From Octopus sinensis (Eukaryota), in NCBI RefSeq assembly GCF_006345805.1, contig NW_021827948.1, forward strand, positions 1-9,678: a stretch of DNA of 9,678 nt. Direction: 5' to 3'. The notes below the pieces were generated by a model. That model worked only from the letters and a program-made list of their open reading frames with translations, was not told the origin of the DNA and ran no database searches. Made by a program: the position numbers and the translations under genes. Below, piece after piece: positions 9,344-9,678 of this stretch; the first letter of the stretch is position 1, and every line of letters starts with the position of its first letter.

Positions 9344-9634
9344 GTATGTATGTATGTATGTATGTATGTATGTATGTATGTATGCATGTATGTGTGTAAG
9401 TATGCATGATTGTATGCATGTATGCATGTATTGATGTATGTATGTATCTATGTATCTATGTATGTATGTATGTATCTATGTATGTATATATGTATGTATG
9501 TATGTGTGTATCTATGTATGCATGTATGTATGTATGTATGTATGTATGTATGTATGTATGTATGTATGTATGTATGTATGTATGTATGAATGTATGTATG
9601 TATATGTATGTATGTATGTATGTATGTATGCATG
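9186..9634. repeat. Long (TATG)n microsatellite with variants
   Basis: Direct reading. Confidence 0.97.
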
Positions 9635-9678
9635 GTCATACTTATATGTGGATGTATGATCGTATGCAGCTGTTGCTA

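Overview
Eukaryotic, repeat-saturated non-coding DNA (intron or intergenic) with no host protein-coding gene. The dense (CATA)n/(GATA)n/(TA)n microsatellites and the tRNA-headed SINE families look like an octopus (coleoid cephalopod) genome; this is recognition from memory, not a database result. Contents: a 5'-truncated CR1-type LINE end; two 5'-truncated copies of an L1/Tx1-type LINE, each flanked on both sides by (GATA)n; an RTE-type LINE C-terminal fragment; five tRNA-derived SINE copies from three families; a tRNA-His pseudogene; a 160-bp fold-back palindrome; and three related fragments carrying a minimal hammerhead-ribozyme motif of the Penelope-like-element type. The most interesting signals are the hammerhead motifs, the apparent (TATC)n targeting by the Tx1-like LINE, and a SINE that shares its 3' tail with that LINE. 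Nearly all ORFs in the supplied track are microsatellite artefacts.
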